Of a stretch of 64,000 nucleotides of DNA, positions 17,915 to 27,282 are shown one piece after another. A program made the position numbers and the translations under genes. Source of the DNA: Myxococcota bacterium (GTDB taxonomy: Bacteria; Myxococcota_A; UBA796; UBA2385); assembly GCA_044344255.1 (NCBI GenBank), contig JBIJDH010000008.1, positions 32,001 through 96,000 of the forward strand, read 5' to 3'. The notes beneath the pieces were generated by a model. It saw only the letters and a list, made by a program, of their open reading frames with translations. It was not told the origin of the DNA and ran no database searches. Position 1 is the first letter of the stretch. Every line of letters begins with the position of its first letter.

Positions 17915-20126
17915 GCCCCGCCTTGGGGGGCCCCGCCGCGGCGCCCTCCTGCTCGCCCTCCTCACGCTCCACGGCTGTCTGCCCGCCTGGGATGTCTATG
18001 ACTCACGCCTCGACTGGCTGACCGACGGCGATGGCGACGGCCTCTCCGAGCAGGACGGCGACTGCGACGACCGCGATCCCGACCGCCTCCCCGGCGCGGC
18101 CGAGACCTGCAACCGCCGCGACGACGACTGCGACGGCGACATCGACGAAGAGCCGGTCGGCGACGACACCACCTGGGCCCCCGACTCCGACCGCGACGGG
18201 GCCGGCGCCGCGGGCGCGACCGTGATCTCCTGCGAGGCCCCCGGCGAGGGCTACACGCTGACCGGCGGCGACTGCGACGACGACGACCCCACCATCGTCC
18301 CCGGCGCCACCGAGCGCTGCAACGGCGACGACGACGACTGCGACGGCGCCACCGATGAGGACGACGCCGTCGACGCCCCCACCTGGTTCCTCGACCGCGA
18401 CGGTGACGCCTATGGGCTGGACAGCGCCACCGTGGTCCAGTGCGCCGCCCCGGAGGGCTACGCCGCCCTCGGCGGGGACTGCGACGACGAGGACGACGCC
18501 ATCAACCCCGGCGCCGCCGAGCGCTGCAACGGCGACGACGACGACTGCGACGGCACCGCCGACGACCCGCCCGTCGAAGGGCCCACCCCCTTCCTCGCCG
18601 ACCATGACAGCGACGGCTTCGGCGACGAGACCGCCACCGACGGCCGCTGCGCCGCAGCCGAGGGCTTCGTGGAGCTCGGCGGGGACTGCGACGACGCAGA
18701 CCCTACCTCCCACCCCGGCGCAGAAGAGGTCTGCAACGACGGCGCCGACAACGACTGCGACGGCGGGCCGGGGGACTGCGTCTGGCCCGACGAGATCGAC
18801 CTCACCGACCACCCGATGATCCTCCCGGCTCACACCTTCGACCTCTTGGGTCAGTCAGGGGCCGCAGGGGATGTCAACAATGACGGCGTCATGGACCTCG
18901 TCCTCGGCGCATACAACGCCTACGACACAGCGAGCAGCGACACCGCAGGTAAGGTGCTCGTATTCCAGGCTCCAATCGGGAGCACGCGATCCGCCACGGA
19001 TGCCGAGTTAACTTTCACAGGTAACGCTGCCCGCGGCGAGTCCCCCGGGTATAGCCTCGACATCGGAGACATCGACGGTGACGGAGTTGATGACATCCTG
19101 ATTGGCGCCCCGAGCCTCTCATCGGACGCAGAGTCAGAGTCCGATCGTGCTTACATCATTTTTGGTCCGGTCTCGGACGGAAACCCGATCGACATCGCCT
19201 CCGACTGGACAACCATTGACAAAACAGCGTCCAATGACTTCGGCCTCGAAGTCAGGCTCGTCGGTGACATCAATGGTGACGGGCGTGTCGACTTTGCGGT
19301 CGGGTCCAACGCGGACGACTACAACGGAACCAGCGCGGGCTCTGCTTACCTGTTCTCGTCAATCACGGATGGAGAGCACTATGCTCGCGACATCGCGAGC
19401 GCCCACGTTTACGGCGAAACGCCATTCGACCACCTGGGAGACTCTGTCGCCGGAGTGGATGTCGACGGCGATGGCTTCAACGACCTCCTCATCGGCGCCC
19501 CGGGCGCCGATGACCTCGACGCCGCGAGCGCCTCCACCCTCCTCTTCCTCGGCCCCGTCACCGGTGAGCGGGCCGACAGCACCGCCGACTACTATTGGCT
19601 CGCCGAGGGCCTCAATGACTTCGGCGGCGACTCGACAGCCTCGGTAGGAGACATGAACGGAGACGGCTTCGACGACGTGTTCACCGGCGCGACCCAAGGC
19701 GGCACCGGGGGTACGGCCTACTTGATCTGGGGCGGCAGCGCCATCTCCAGCGGCAGCCTCGTAGACGCGGACGTCAAGATTCGAAGCTCCGGGAGCTATC
19801 GGGAGTTCGCCGCCTCCCTCTCCGGCCTCGGGGACCTCAACCAGGACGGCTCGAACGACGTCGCCATCTCCGAATTCGGCAGCGCCCCCCGCAGCGTCTT
19901 TGTTTACCACGGACCTCTGGCAAACGGCGTAGTGTACGACACCGACGCCGACATCGTGTTGACCGGCGACAGCGCCACCGACGACTACTTCTCTGCCATC
20001 TTCAACGCAGGCGACGTCACGCTGGATGGCGTCGACGACCTCGTGATCACCTCTCCGTGGCGCACCTCTCTCACCGACGGTGAGTATGACGGCGGAGCCT
20101 ACGTCGTCGCCGGTGTCGGCTTGTGA
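17904..20126 (+). CDS. Lipoprotein with four 'putative metal-binding motif' (MopE-like) repeats and an FG-GAP/integrin-alpha-like propeller
   Basis: Lipobox LTLHG-C; 4x DCDD.DP...PGA.E.CN..DDDCDG; multiple GDxxGDGxDDxxIGAP repeats; overlaps the upstream gene by 11 bp. Confidence 0.85.
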   Translation: MGSEPRLGGPRRGALLLALLTLHGCLPAWDVYDSRLDWLTDGDGDGLSEQDGDCDDRDPDRLPGAAETCNRRDDDCDGDIDEEPVGDDTTWAPDSDRDGAGAAGATVISCEAPGEGYTLTGGDCDDDDPTIVPGATERCNGDDDDCDGATDEDDAVDAPTWFLDRDGDAYGLDSATVVQCAAPEGYAALGGDCDDEDDAINPGAAERCNGDDDDCDGTADDPPVEGPTPFLADHDSDGFGDETATDGRCAAAEGFVELGGDCDDADPTSHPGAEEVCNDGADNDCDGGPGDCVWPDEIDLTDHPMILPAHTFDLLGQSGAAGDVNNDGVMDLVLGAYNAYDTASSDTAGKVLVFQAPIGSTRSATDAELTFTGNAARGESPGYSLDIGDIDGDGVDDILIGAPSLSSDAESESDRAYIIFGPVSDGNPIDIASDWTTIDKTASNDFGLEVRLVGDINGDGRVDFAVGSNADDYNGTSAGSAYLFSSITDGEHYARDIASAHVYGETPFDHLGDSVAGVDVDGDGFNDLLIGAPGADDLDAASASTLLFLGPVTGERADSTADYYWLAEGLNDFGGDSTASVGDMNGDGFDDVFTGATQGGTGGTAYLIWGGSAISSGSLVDADVKIRSSGSYREFAASLSGLGDLNQDGSNDVAISEFGSAPRSVFVYHGPLANGVVYDTDADIVLTGDSATDDYFSAIFNAGDVTLDGVDDLVITSPWRTSLTDGEYDGGAYVVAGVGL

Positions 20127-20204
20127 CGCACCGGGGCGCCTCCCTCCTCCTCGGCGCCCTGGCGCTCAGCGGTGTTTGGCCGACTTGTACAGCGCTCCCC
20201 ACGT

Positions 20205-20807
20205 TCACTCGCGACGATCAGGCGCGGCCCTCCACCGCTGCATGAGCCCCGCCGCCATGCCCAGGACGGCGAGGGTGCGCATCAGGGGGCCAAACACCAG
20301 CGGCCAGAACGGCCCGGGCTCGAGGGAGAACAAGGTGGGTAGGCCGAGGATGCCCATGGCCACGAGCTCGACGTCCAGTCGCCAGACCACCGCCACCCAA
20401 GGGACGAGGCTGAGCAGGAAGAGGCCGAACAGCGGGCCTCTCCCCCAGCGGCGGGCGGCCAGGGCGAAGGCGACCGGCATCGCGGCGGCGCCGAGCACAC
20501 AGCCGATCCCCGCGAGGATCTCGGCGTTCCAGGGTCCGAGCGTGGGGTACCGATGCAGCCACGACAGGAAGGTCGGGAGGCCGCCGTAGCCCATCCCCAG
20601 GTGAGTGGGGACCACGGCCCACGGATAGACCACCGATAGGGGGGCGAGCAGACAGGGGACCCGCCAGATGTCCTGTCGGCGGCCAGCCCTCCGGGGAGAG
20701 TGGAGGCGTCCAACACAGAGCTCAGCCCGCCATAGACCTGGAGGTGGTCGAGGAGGGTGGCGCAGGGCGCGCGGTCGTACCGAGGCATCGCTCCCGGCAA
20801 CCGCCAT
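20205..20807 (-). CDS. Hypothetical membrane protein (start uncertain)
   Basis: C-terminal two-thirds has about 4 hydrophobic segments; fills the gap between FG-GAP gene and cyclophilin; N-terminus is unconvincing. Confidence 0.4.
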   Translation of the reverse strand: MAVAGSDASVRPRALRHPPRPPPGLWRAELCVGRLHSPRRAGRRQDIWRVPCLLAPLSVVYPWAVVPTHLGMGYGGLPTFLSWLHRYPTLGPWNAEILAGIGCVLGAAAMPVAFALAARRWGRGPLFGLFLLSLVPWVAVVWRLDVELVAMGILGLPTLFSLEPGPFWPLVFGPLMRTLAVLGMAAGLMQRWRAAPDRRE

Positions 20808-20885
20808 GGAGCGGGAGCCCGCCTGCCGACGGGGCCTGGCCTGTGAAGGCTGCGCCTCGACCCCCGGCGACCTCCGGCGCCCTCC

Positions 20886-21578
20886 TCAGGGCTCGATCGA
20901 CGCCTTCACGATCTTGTCGAGCTTCGGGAAACTCTTCTGGAGGTACTTGTCCCCCTCCACCATGATGCGCTGCTGGTCTGGCCCGCGGCCATTGGGCGCG
21001 CCTTCTCCATAGCCGGTGTAGAGCTTCGCCAGGACGTCCTTGCCCTCCACCACCGCGCCGAAGGGGGAGAAGCCCATGTCGTCGAGCTGCTTGTTGTCGG
21101 TGTGATTGATGAACATCTGCGTGGTGCGCGTGTCCTTGCCCGACATCGCGAAGGTGATCGTGCCCGCGCTGTTGGAGAGGCGCACCGGATCGTCCTTCAT
21201 GCGCGCGAGGCGCCAGGCCATGTTCACGTTGGCGTCGGGGCTGAGCCCGAACTGCACCATGAAGCCGCTGATGTTGCGAAAGAAGGCGGCGCCGTCCAAG
21301 AAGCCGATGCGGACCATGTTGTAGAGACGATCGGCCGCGTTCGGGGACCACTCGCGCTTGACCTCGAGCACGATGTCACCCTGCGTGGTCTTCAGGCGCA
21401 CCCGATAGACCGCCGGTGCCGTCTCTCGCGCGAGGGAGGGGTCACGCAAGGCGGGGTTGGGCGGGGCAGGGGCGGCGGCCGGGGGGAGCGCGCCCTCCTG
21501 GGCGAGGGCCGGCGCAGCGAGGCTGAGGCCGACGAGCAGGGTGAGCCAGGGGGAGAGGGTGCTATGTCGGTGCCGCAT
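20886..21578 (-). CDS. Exported cyclophilin-type peptidyl-prolyl isomerase
   Basis: Signal peptide ending APALA-Q; KTTQGDI, FFRNISGFMVQFG, GTITFAMSG...RTTQMFIN, LD.MGFSPFG.VVEG. Confidence 0.92.
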   Translation of the reverse strand: MRHRHSTLSPWLTLLVGLSLAAPALAQEGALPPAAAPAPPNPALRDPSLARETAPAVYRVRLKTTQGDIVLEVKREWSPNAADRLYNMVRIGFLDGAAFFRNISGFMVQFGLSPDANVNMAWRLARMKDDPVRLSNSAGTITFAMSGKDTRTTQMFINHTDNKQLDDMGFSPFGAVVEGKDVLAKLYTGYGEGAPNGRGPDQQRIMVEGDKYLQKSFPKLDKIVKASIEP

Positions 21579-21669
21579 CTTCGCTCCAGAGGGGGCCTCG
21601 ATATCTCGGGCCCCCGAGGCCGGCCGCTCATTCCCCGGCGCCTGCCCAGACGGAGGGGACCGCGCTACG

Positions 21670-21770
21670 CTGCATCGCCCGCTGCATCCTCCACTGCATC
21701 CCCCTGCGACGCAGGGCGAGGCGTCGGCACCCTGAGGGCAACATGAGGGCACACTGAGGGCAACATGAGG
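21670..21770. repeat. Two short tandem arrays: CTGCATC at 12-bp period (x3) and TGAGGGCA(A/C)(C/A)(A/C) at 11-bp period (x3.5)
   Basis: CTGCATC at 21670, 21682, 21694; TGAGG at 21733, 21744, 21755, 21766. Confidence 0.9.
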
Positions 21771-21781
21771 ATCGACGCAGA

Positions 21782-24700
21782 ATGAAGCTCGACGCCGCGC
21801 GCCTCCCCCTCCGCGGGACCCAGCTCATCGAGGCCAGCGCCGGCACCGGCAAGACTTGGACCATCAGCACCCTCTTCTTACGCTTTGTCGTCGAAGAGCG
21901 GCTCACGGTCGATCAGATCCTCGTGGTCACCTTCACCCGGGCCGCCACCGCCGAGCTGAAGGAGCGGGTGCGCGGCCGGCTGGCCGACGCCCTGCGCGCG
22001 GTGGAGCAGGGCCAGGCCGAGGAGCCCGTGCTCCACGCCCTCGTGCAGCGCTGGGACCGGCGGGCCGCCCGTGAGGCCCTCGAGGCGGCGCTCCACGCCT
22101 TTGACACCGCCGCCATCAACACGATCCACGGTTATTGCCAGCGGGCGCTCACCGAGCACGCCTTCGAGAGCGGCGTGCCCCTGCGCACGAAGCTCATCAC
22201 CGACGAGCGGCCCCTCCGCCAGCGGGTCGCCGCCGACCTTTGGGTGCGGGAGACCTTTGCCGCCGACCCCGCGCTCGTGCGCCACCTCCGCGACGGCAAG
22301 CGCGGCGCCCTCGGGCCCACCGTGCTGGGGCGACTCCTCGATCGGGCCGCCACCCACCCCGAGCTGGTCGTGATCCCCGCGCCGCAGCCCTCCAGCCTGG
22401 ACGAGGCGGCCGTCGGCCTCCGAGCCGCCTGGGCCGAGGCCGCCGCCGCCTGGGGGGTGGCCCGCGCGCCCCTGCTCCAGCTCCTGCTCACGAGCCCGGC
22501 CCTCAACCGCTCCAGCTACAAGCAGGCGACCCTCGAGCTCGTCGCCGAGGCGCTCGACCAGGCCTTCGCCGGGGAGCCCGATCCAAGCGCCCTCCCCGAC
22601 CGACTCGAGCTCCTCACCCCCACGCGCCTGCAGGCCGGCACCAAGAAGGGCCAGGCCACCCCCGCCCACCCCTGCTTCGAGCGGCTCGCCGCCCTCCTCA
22701 CCGCCGTCGCCGCCTACCAGCGCGACCTCGAGCAGGAGACCCTCAACCTCCTCCTGCGCAGCCTCCACCGCGGCGGCGCCGAGCTGCGGGCCCACAAGGA
22801 CAGCGAGGCCCTCTGGTCCTTCGACGATCTGCTGCAGCACTTGGACCGCGCCCTCGCCGGCCCGGACGGCGAGGCGCTCGCCGCTCGCCTCCGGGAGCGG
22901 CAGCCCGTGGCCCTCATCGACGAGTTCCAGGACACTGACCCCGTCCAGTACCGCATCTTCCGCCGGCTCTACCACGACCGCCCGAGCGGCGCGCTGCTGC
23001 TCATCGGCGACCCCAAGCAGGCCATCTACGCCTTCCGAGGGGCCGACATCTTCGCCTACCTGCGGGCCGCCGACGACGCCCGCGCCCACACCTGGACGCT
23101 GCCGGTCAACCGGCGCTCCGATCCGGGCCTCGTCACCGCAGTCAACGGGCTCTTCTCGCGCTCCGCCCAGCCCTTCCTCTACCCGGGCATCCGCTTCGAG
23201 CCCGTGCTCGCCCGCCCCGGCGCCGACGACCTCCTGCGTGACGCCGCAGGCGCGCTCCTCCCGGGCCTCGAGCTCACCTTCCTCCGCCGGGACGGACGCA
23301 CCGGGAAGATCAACAACCAGATCAACCGTGGCATCGCCGAGGCGGACCTCCCCGGCCTCGTCGCCGCCGACATCGTGGCCCTCCTCGAGTCGGGGGCGAC
23401 GCTCGGCGGCCACCCGATCGAGCCCGGCCAGATCGCGGTCCTCGTGCGGCGTAAGGTCGAGGCGACCGCGATGCAGGAGGCGCTGCGGGCGCTCGGCGTG
23501 CCGAGCGTGCTCACCACCGAGGCGAGCGTGCTCGACAGCGTCGAGGCGGGTGAGCTCTCGCTCATCCTCGCCGCCATGGCCGAGCCGCGGCGCGCCCCCC
23601 TCGTCCGCGCCGCCCTCGCGACCCCCGCCTTCGGCCTCGACGCCGCCGCCCTCGCCGCCTTGCGGGCCGACGAGGCCGCTTGGGACCGGCAGGTCGACCG
23701 CTTCCAGCGCTGGGGCCAGGCGTGGAGAGAGCACGGCTTCCTCCAGGCCTTCCGCCGCTTGGTCGACGAGACCGGCGCGCCCGCCCGCGCGGCCGCCCTG
23801 CCCGACGGAGAGCGCCGCCTCACCAACACGCTGCACCTCGCCGAGCTCCTCGACGCCGTGCGCCTCTCCCGCAAGCTCAGCCCCGAAGCGCTCTGCCGCT
23901 GGCTCGACGAGGCCCGCGCCGCCCAGGATCACGAGCGCGACGAGGAGGCCACCGGCGCCTCCCAGCTCCGCCTCGAGAGTGACACGCGAGCGGTGCAGCT
24001 CGTCACGATGCACAAGAGTAAGGGCCTCGAGTACCCGATCGTCTACTGCCCCTTCCTCTGGGCGGGGAGCGAGCTCCACGCGCGAGACAAGCGCTTCCTG
24101 CTCTTCCACGACCCCGACGCCGACCACCGCCTGACCCTTGACCTCGGCTCCCCCGACCACGGCGCCCACGCGGCGCTGGCCGCCGAGGAGAACCTCGCCG
24201 AGCAGCTACGCCTGCTCTACGTGGCCCTCACCCGGGCCCGGCACCGCTGCGTGATCGCCTGGGGGGCCATCTCCGGCGCCGGCAGCTCGGCCCTGAGCGC
24301 GCTCTTGCACGCCGGCGGCTCCGAGCTGCACGCCGCGCCCGAGCGCTTCAAGCACCTCGATGATGAGGGCCTGCTCGCCGATCTCCGGGCCTACGTGGCG
24401 AGCGTGGCGCCCCACGCCGCCCTCCGCTCGCTGGAGGAGCCCACCGGCCTGCGTTGGCGGGGGCTCGACCGCCTCGTGCCGCGGCTGAGCGCGCGGCCGA
24501 TCACCCGCGACCTGCGGGAGCCCTGGCGGGCCTCGAGCTTCTCCAACCTGATCGCCGACCGCCCCGAGGAGGGCCCCGAGGCCCCCGCCGCGCAGGGCAC
24601 CCCCGAGGCCCTCGCCGCCGAGGGCGAGCGCCCCGCCGACCACGACGAGGGCACCGCCCGCCTCGAGGACACGCCCGAGCCCGAGGGGCCGCCCATCCCC

Positions 24701-25456
24701 CTCGACAGCTTCCCGAAGGGAGCGAGCGTCGGCCACCTCCTACACGGCATCCTCGAGGACCTCGACTTCCAGTACGCGGCCCGCCCCGAGGGGCCCGAGG
24801 CCGCCCGCCGGCTGGTCGAGGGGCGCCTCGAGGCGGCGCGGCTGGACGCCCTCCGCTGGACCGGGCCGCTGCTCGACATGATCGCGGTCCTGCTCGACAC
24901 GCCGCTCTCGGTCGGCGGCCCCCGCCTCGGCCGGGTCAGCCACCCCGAGCGGCGGGCGGAGATGGAGTTCATCCTCCCCGTCGCCCAGGCGAAGGAGCGG
25001 CGCTTCACCCCGGAGCGCCTCGCCGCCCTCTTCCGCGCCAGCGCCCGCGAGCCCGTGCCCCCCGGCTACGCCGATGAGCTCGGTCAGCTCGGCTTCCTGC
25101 CCCTGCAAGGCTGGCTGCGCGGCTTCATCGACCTCGTCTTCACCGCCGGGGGGCGCTGGTACGTGCTCGACTGGAAGTCGAACCACCTCGGCCCGCGGCC
25201 CGAGGACTACGCGAGCGCGGGCCTCATCGACGCCATGGCCCACCACCACTACTTCCTGCAGTACCACCTCTACCTCGTGGCCCTGCACCGACACCTGCGC
25301 CTTCGCCTGCCCGACTACGACTACGATCGCCACATCGGTGGGGCCTACTACGTATTCCTCCGCGGCCTCGGCCCCGTGCCCGGCCAGGGCGTGCTCTTCG
25401 ATCGACCCCCAAAGCGCCTGATCGTGGGCCTCTCCGACCTCCTGGAGGAGGGATGA
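21782..25456 (+). CDS. recB: Exodeoxyribonuclease V beta subunit (SF1 helicase + PD-(D/E)xK nuclease)
   Basis: IEASAGTGKT, VTFTRAATAEL, LIDEFQDTD, IGDPKQAIYAFRGAD, TMHKSKGLE, LYVALTRA, GFIDL...DWKSN...LQYHLY. Confidence 0.96.
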   Translation: MKLDAARLPLRGTQLIEASAGTGKTWTISTLFLRFVVEERLTVDQILVVTFTRAATAELKERVRGRLADALRAVEQGQAEEPVLHALVQRWDRRAAREALEAALHAFDTAAINTIHGYCQRALTEHAFESGVPLRTKLITDERPLRQRVAADLWVRETFAADPALVRHLRDGKRGALGPTVLGRLLDRAATHPELVVIPAPQPSSLDEAAVGLRAAWAEAAAAWGVARAPLLQLLLTSPALNRSSYKQATLELVAEALDQAFAGEPDPSALPDRLELLTPTRLQAGTKKGQATPAHPCFERLAALLTAVAAYQRDLEQETLNLLLRSLHRGGAELRAHKDSEALWSFDDLLQHLDRALAGPDGEALAARLRERQPVALIDEFQDTDPVQYRIFRRLYHDRPSGALLLIGDPKQAIYAFRGADIFAYLRAADDARAHTWTLPVNRRSDPGLVTAVNGLFSRSAQPFLYPGIRFEPVLARPGADDLLRDAAGALLPGLELTFLRRDGRTGKINNQINRGIAEADLPGLVAADIVALLESGATLGGHPIEPGQIAVLVRRKVEATAMQEALRALGVPSVLTTEASVLDSVEAGELSLILAAMAEPRRAPLVRAALATPAFGLDAAALAALRADEAAWDRQVDRFQRWGQAWREHGFLQAFRRLVDETGAPARAAALPDGERRLTNTLHLAELLDAVRLSRKLSPEALCRWLDEARAAQDHERDEEATGASQLRLESDTRAVQLVTMHKSKGLEYPIVYCPFLWAGSELHARDKRFLLFHDPDADHRLTLDLGSPDHGAHAALAAEENLAEQLRLLYVALTRARHRCVIAWGAISGAGSSALSALLHAGGSELHAAPERFKHLDDEGLLADLRAYVASVAPHAALRSLEEPTGLRWRGLDRLVPRLSARPITRDLREPWRASSFSNLIADRPEEGPEAPAAQGTPEALAAEGERPADHDEGTARLEDTPEPEGPPIPLDSFPKGASVGHLLHGILEDLDFQYAARPEGPEAARRLVEGRLEAARLDALRWTGPLLDMIAVLLDTPLSVGGPRLGRVSHPERRAEMEFILPVAQAKERRFTPERLAALFRASAREPVPPGYADELGQLGFLPLQGWLRGFIDLVFTAGGRWYVLDWKSNHLGPRPEDYASAGLIDAMAHHHYFLQYHLYLVALHRHLRLRLPDYDYDRHIGGAYYVFLRGLGPVPGQGVLFDRPPKRLIVGLSDLLEEG

Positions 25457-27234
25457 ACGAGCTCTTCCCCGGCCTCGACACGGACGCCCTGCTCGCGGCC
25501 GGCGCGCTCAGCCCCCTCGACGTCGAGCTGCCGCGCGCGCTGTCGCGCATCACCGGGGAGGTCGATCCCCTCGTGCTCCTGGGCGCGGCGGCCGCCGCCT
25601 CCAGCGTCCGCCGGGGGCACGTCTGCGCCGAGCTCGACCGCCTCGGCGGCGCCCCGATCTTAGACGGGGAGGGCGCGCCCGTCGGCCGCGCGACCTGGCC
25701 CGCCCGCGGCCCCTGGGAGGCGGCGCTGCGGCGCTCCCCGATCGTCGGCGACGGCAGCGGCGAGCCCCGCCCGCTCGTCCTCGACGCCGAGGGCCGGCTC
25801 TACACCCACCGTTACTGGGAGCACGAGCGCGCGCTCGCCACCGCGCTCTCGCAGCGCATGTCGGCGGGGCCGCCCGAGCCCATCGACGAGGCCGTGCTCC
25901 AGGGCAGCCTCCGCCGCCTCTTCGCTGGGATGGGTGAGGGGGCGGAAGACCAGCGCGCCGCCGTCGAGAAGGCGGTGCGGCGGCGCTTCACGGTGATCTC
26001 GGGCGGGCCCGGCACCGGCAAGACCACCACCGTCATCCGCCTGCTGGTGGCCTTGATCGAGCAGGCCCTGGCCCGGGGCGCCCGCCCTCCGCGGCTCCTG
26101 CTCGTCGCCCCCACCGGCAAGGCGGCCGCCCGCCTCGTCGAGTCGATCCGCGGCGCCAAGGCCCGGCTCGACTGCTCCCCCGAGGTGAAGGCGCTCATCC
26201 CCGAGGAGGCCCGCACGCTGCACCGGGCGCTCGGCACCACCCGGGGCAGCACGACCCTCTTCCGCCACGACGCCGATGACCCGCTGCCGGCGGAGCTCGT
26301 GCTGGTCGACGAGTCCTCGATGGTCGACCTCGCCCTCCTCCGCCGGCTGGTCGACGCGGTCCCGCCCGAGGCGCGGCTGCTCCTGCTCGGTGACCCCGAT
26401 CAGCTCGTCAGCGTCGAGGCCGGCGCCATCCTCGGCGACATCTGCGCCGCCGGCGGCGAAGCGGTGGCCGCGCTCCGGGTGAGCTGGCGCTTCGACGCCA
26501 CCCGCGGCATCGGCATCCTCGCCCGGGCGATCCGCGACGGGGACGCGGAGGGGGCCCTCGCGGTCCTCCAGGATCCGCAACACCCCGACGTCTCCCTCGC
26601 CCCACCCCTCAGCGGTGGCGCGCTGGGGCCCGGGCTCACCGAGGCCGTCCTCCGCGGTTGGCGCCCCGTCGAAGACGCGGTCGATCCCGCCGACAAGCTG
26701 CGCGCCCTCGAGCACTTCCGCGTCCTCGCCGCGCACCGCAGGGGCGCCCTCGGGGTGATCGCCCTCAACCGCCAGGTCGAGCGGGCGCTCCAGGCCGAGG
26801 GGCGGCTGCGCCCGGTCGGGCCGTGGTACCCGGGCCGGCCGGTGATGGTCACGGAGAACGACTACGGGGTCGAGCTCTTCAACGGCGACGTCGGCCTGCT
26901 GACCGCCCAGCGCGGCCAGGGCCTCCGCGCCTGCTTCTTCGGCGCCGACTCGCAGGTCCGCGCCCTCGCCCCCTCCCGCTTGCCGCCGGTCGAGACGGTC
27001 TTCGCGATGAGCGTACACAAGAGCCAGGGCTCGGAGTTTGACGAGGTGGCCCTCGTCCTCCCCGACCGCCCCTCCCCCTTGCTCTCCCGAGAGCTGATCT
27101 ACACGGCGGTCACCCGAGCCAGGCTCCGGGTCGTGATCCACGCCCGGCCCGAGATCATCGCCGCAGGGGTGCGCCACCGCATCCAACGCGCAAGCGGCCT
27201 CGTCGCGGCGCTGCGGAGGGGGACGAAGGGGTAG
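25453..27234 (+). CDS. recD: Exodeoxyribonuclease V alpha subunit
   Basis: RecD N-terminal GHVC and LY..RYW..E; GGPGTGKTT, APTGKAA, VDESSMVD, GDPDQL.SVEAG, NGDVG, HKSQGSEF, YTAVTRA. Confidence 0.95.
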   Translation: MNELFPGLDTDALLAAGALSPLDVELPRALSRITGEVDPLVLLGAAAAASSVRRGHVCAELDRLGGAPILDGEGAPVGRATWPARGPWEAALRRSPIVGDGSGEPRPLVLDAEGRLYTHRYWEHERALATALSQRMSAGPPEPIDEAVLQGSLRRLFAGMGEGAEDQRAAVEKAVRRRFTVISGGPGTGKTTTVIRLLVALIEQALARGARPPRLLLVAPTGKAAARLVESIRGAKARLDCSPEVKALIPEEARTLHRALGTTRGSTTLFRHDADDPLPAELVLVDESSMVDLALLRRLVDAVPPEARLLLLGDPDQLVSVEAGAILGDICAAGGEAVAALRVSWRFDATRGIGILARAIRDGDAEGALAVLQDPQHPDVSLAPPLSGGALGPGLTEAVLRGWRPVEDAVDPADKLRALEHFRVLAAHRRGALGVIALNRQVERALQAEGRLRPVGPWYPGRPVMVTENDYGVELFNGDVGLLTAQRGQGLRACFFGADSQVRALAPSRLPPVETVFAMSVHKSQGSEFDEVALVLPDRPSPLLSRELIYTAVTRARLRVVIHARPEIIAAGVRHRIQRASGLVAALRRGTKG

Positions 27235-27282
27235 ACGATCGGCGCCGGGCGTGCACAGATGAAAGAAATGCTCGGAGAACCC

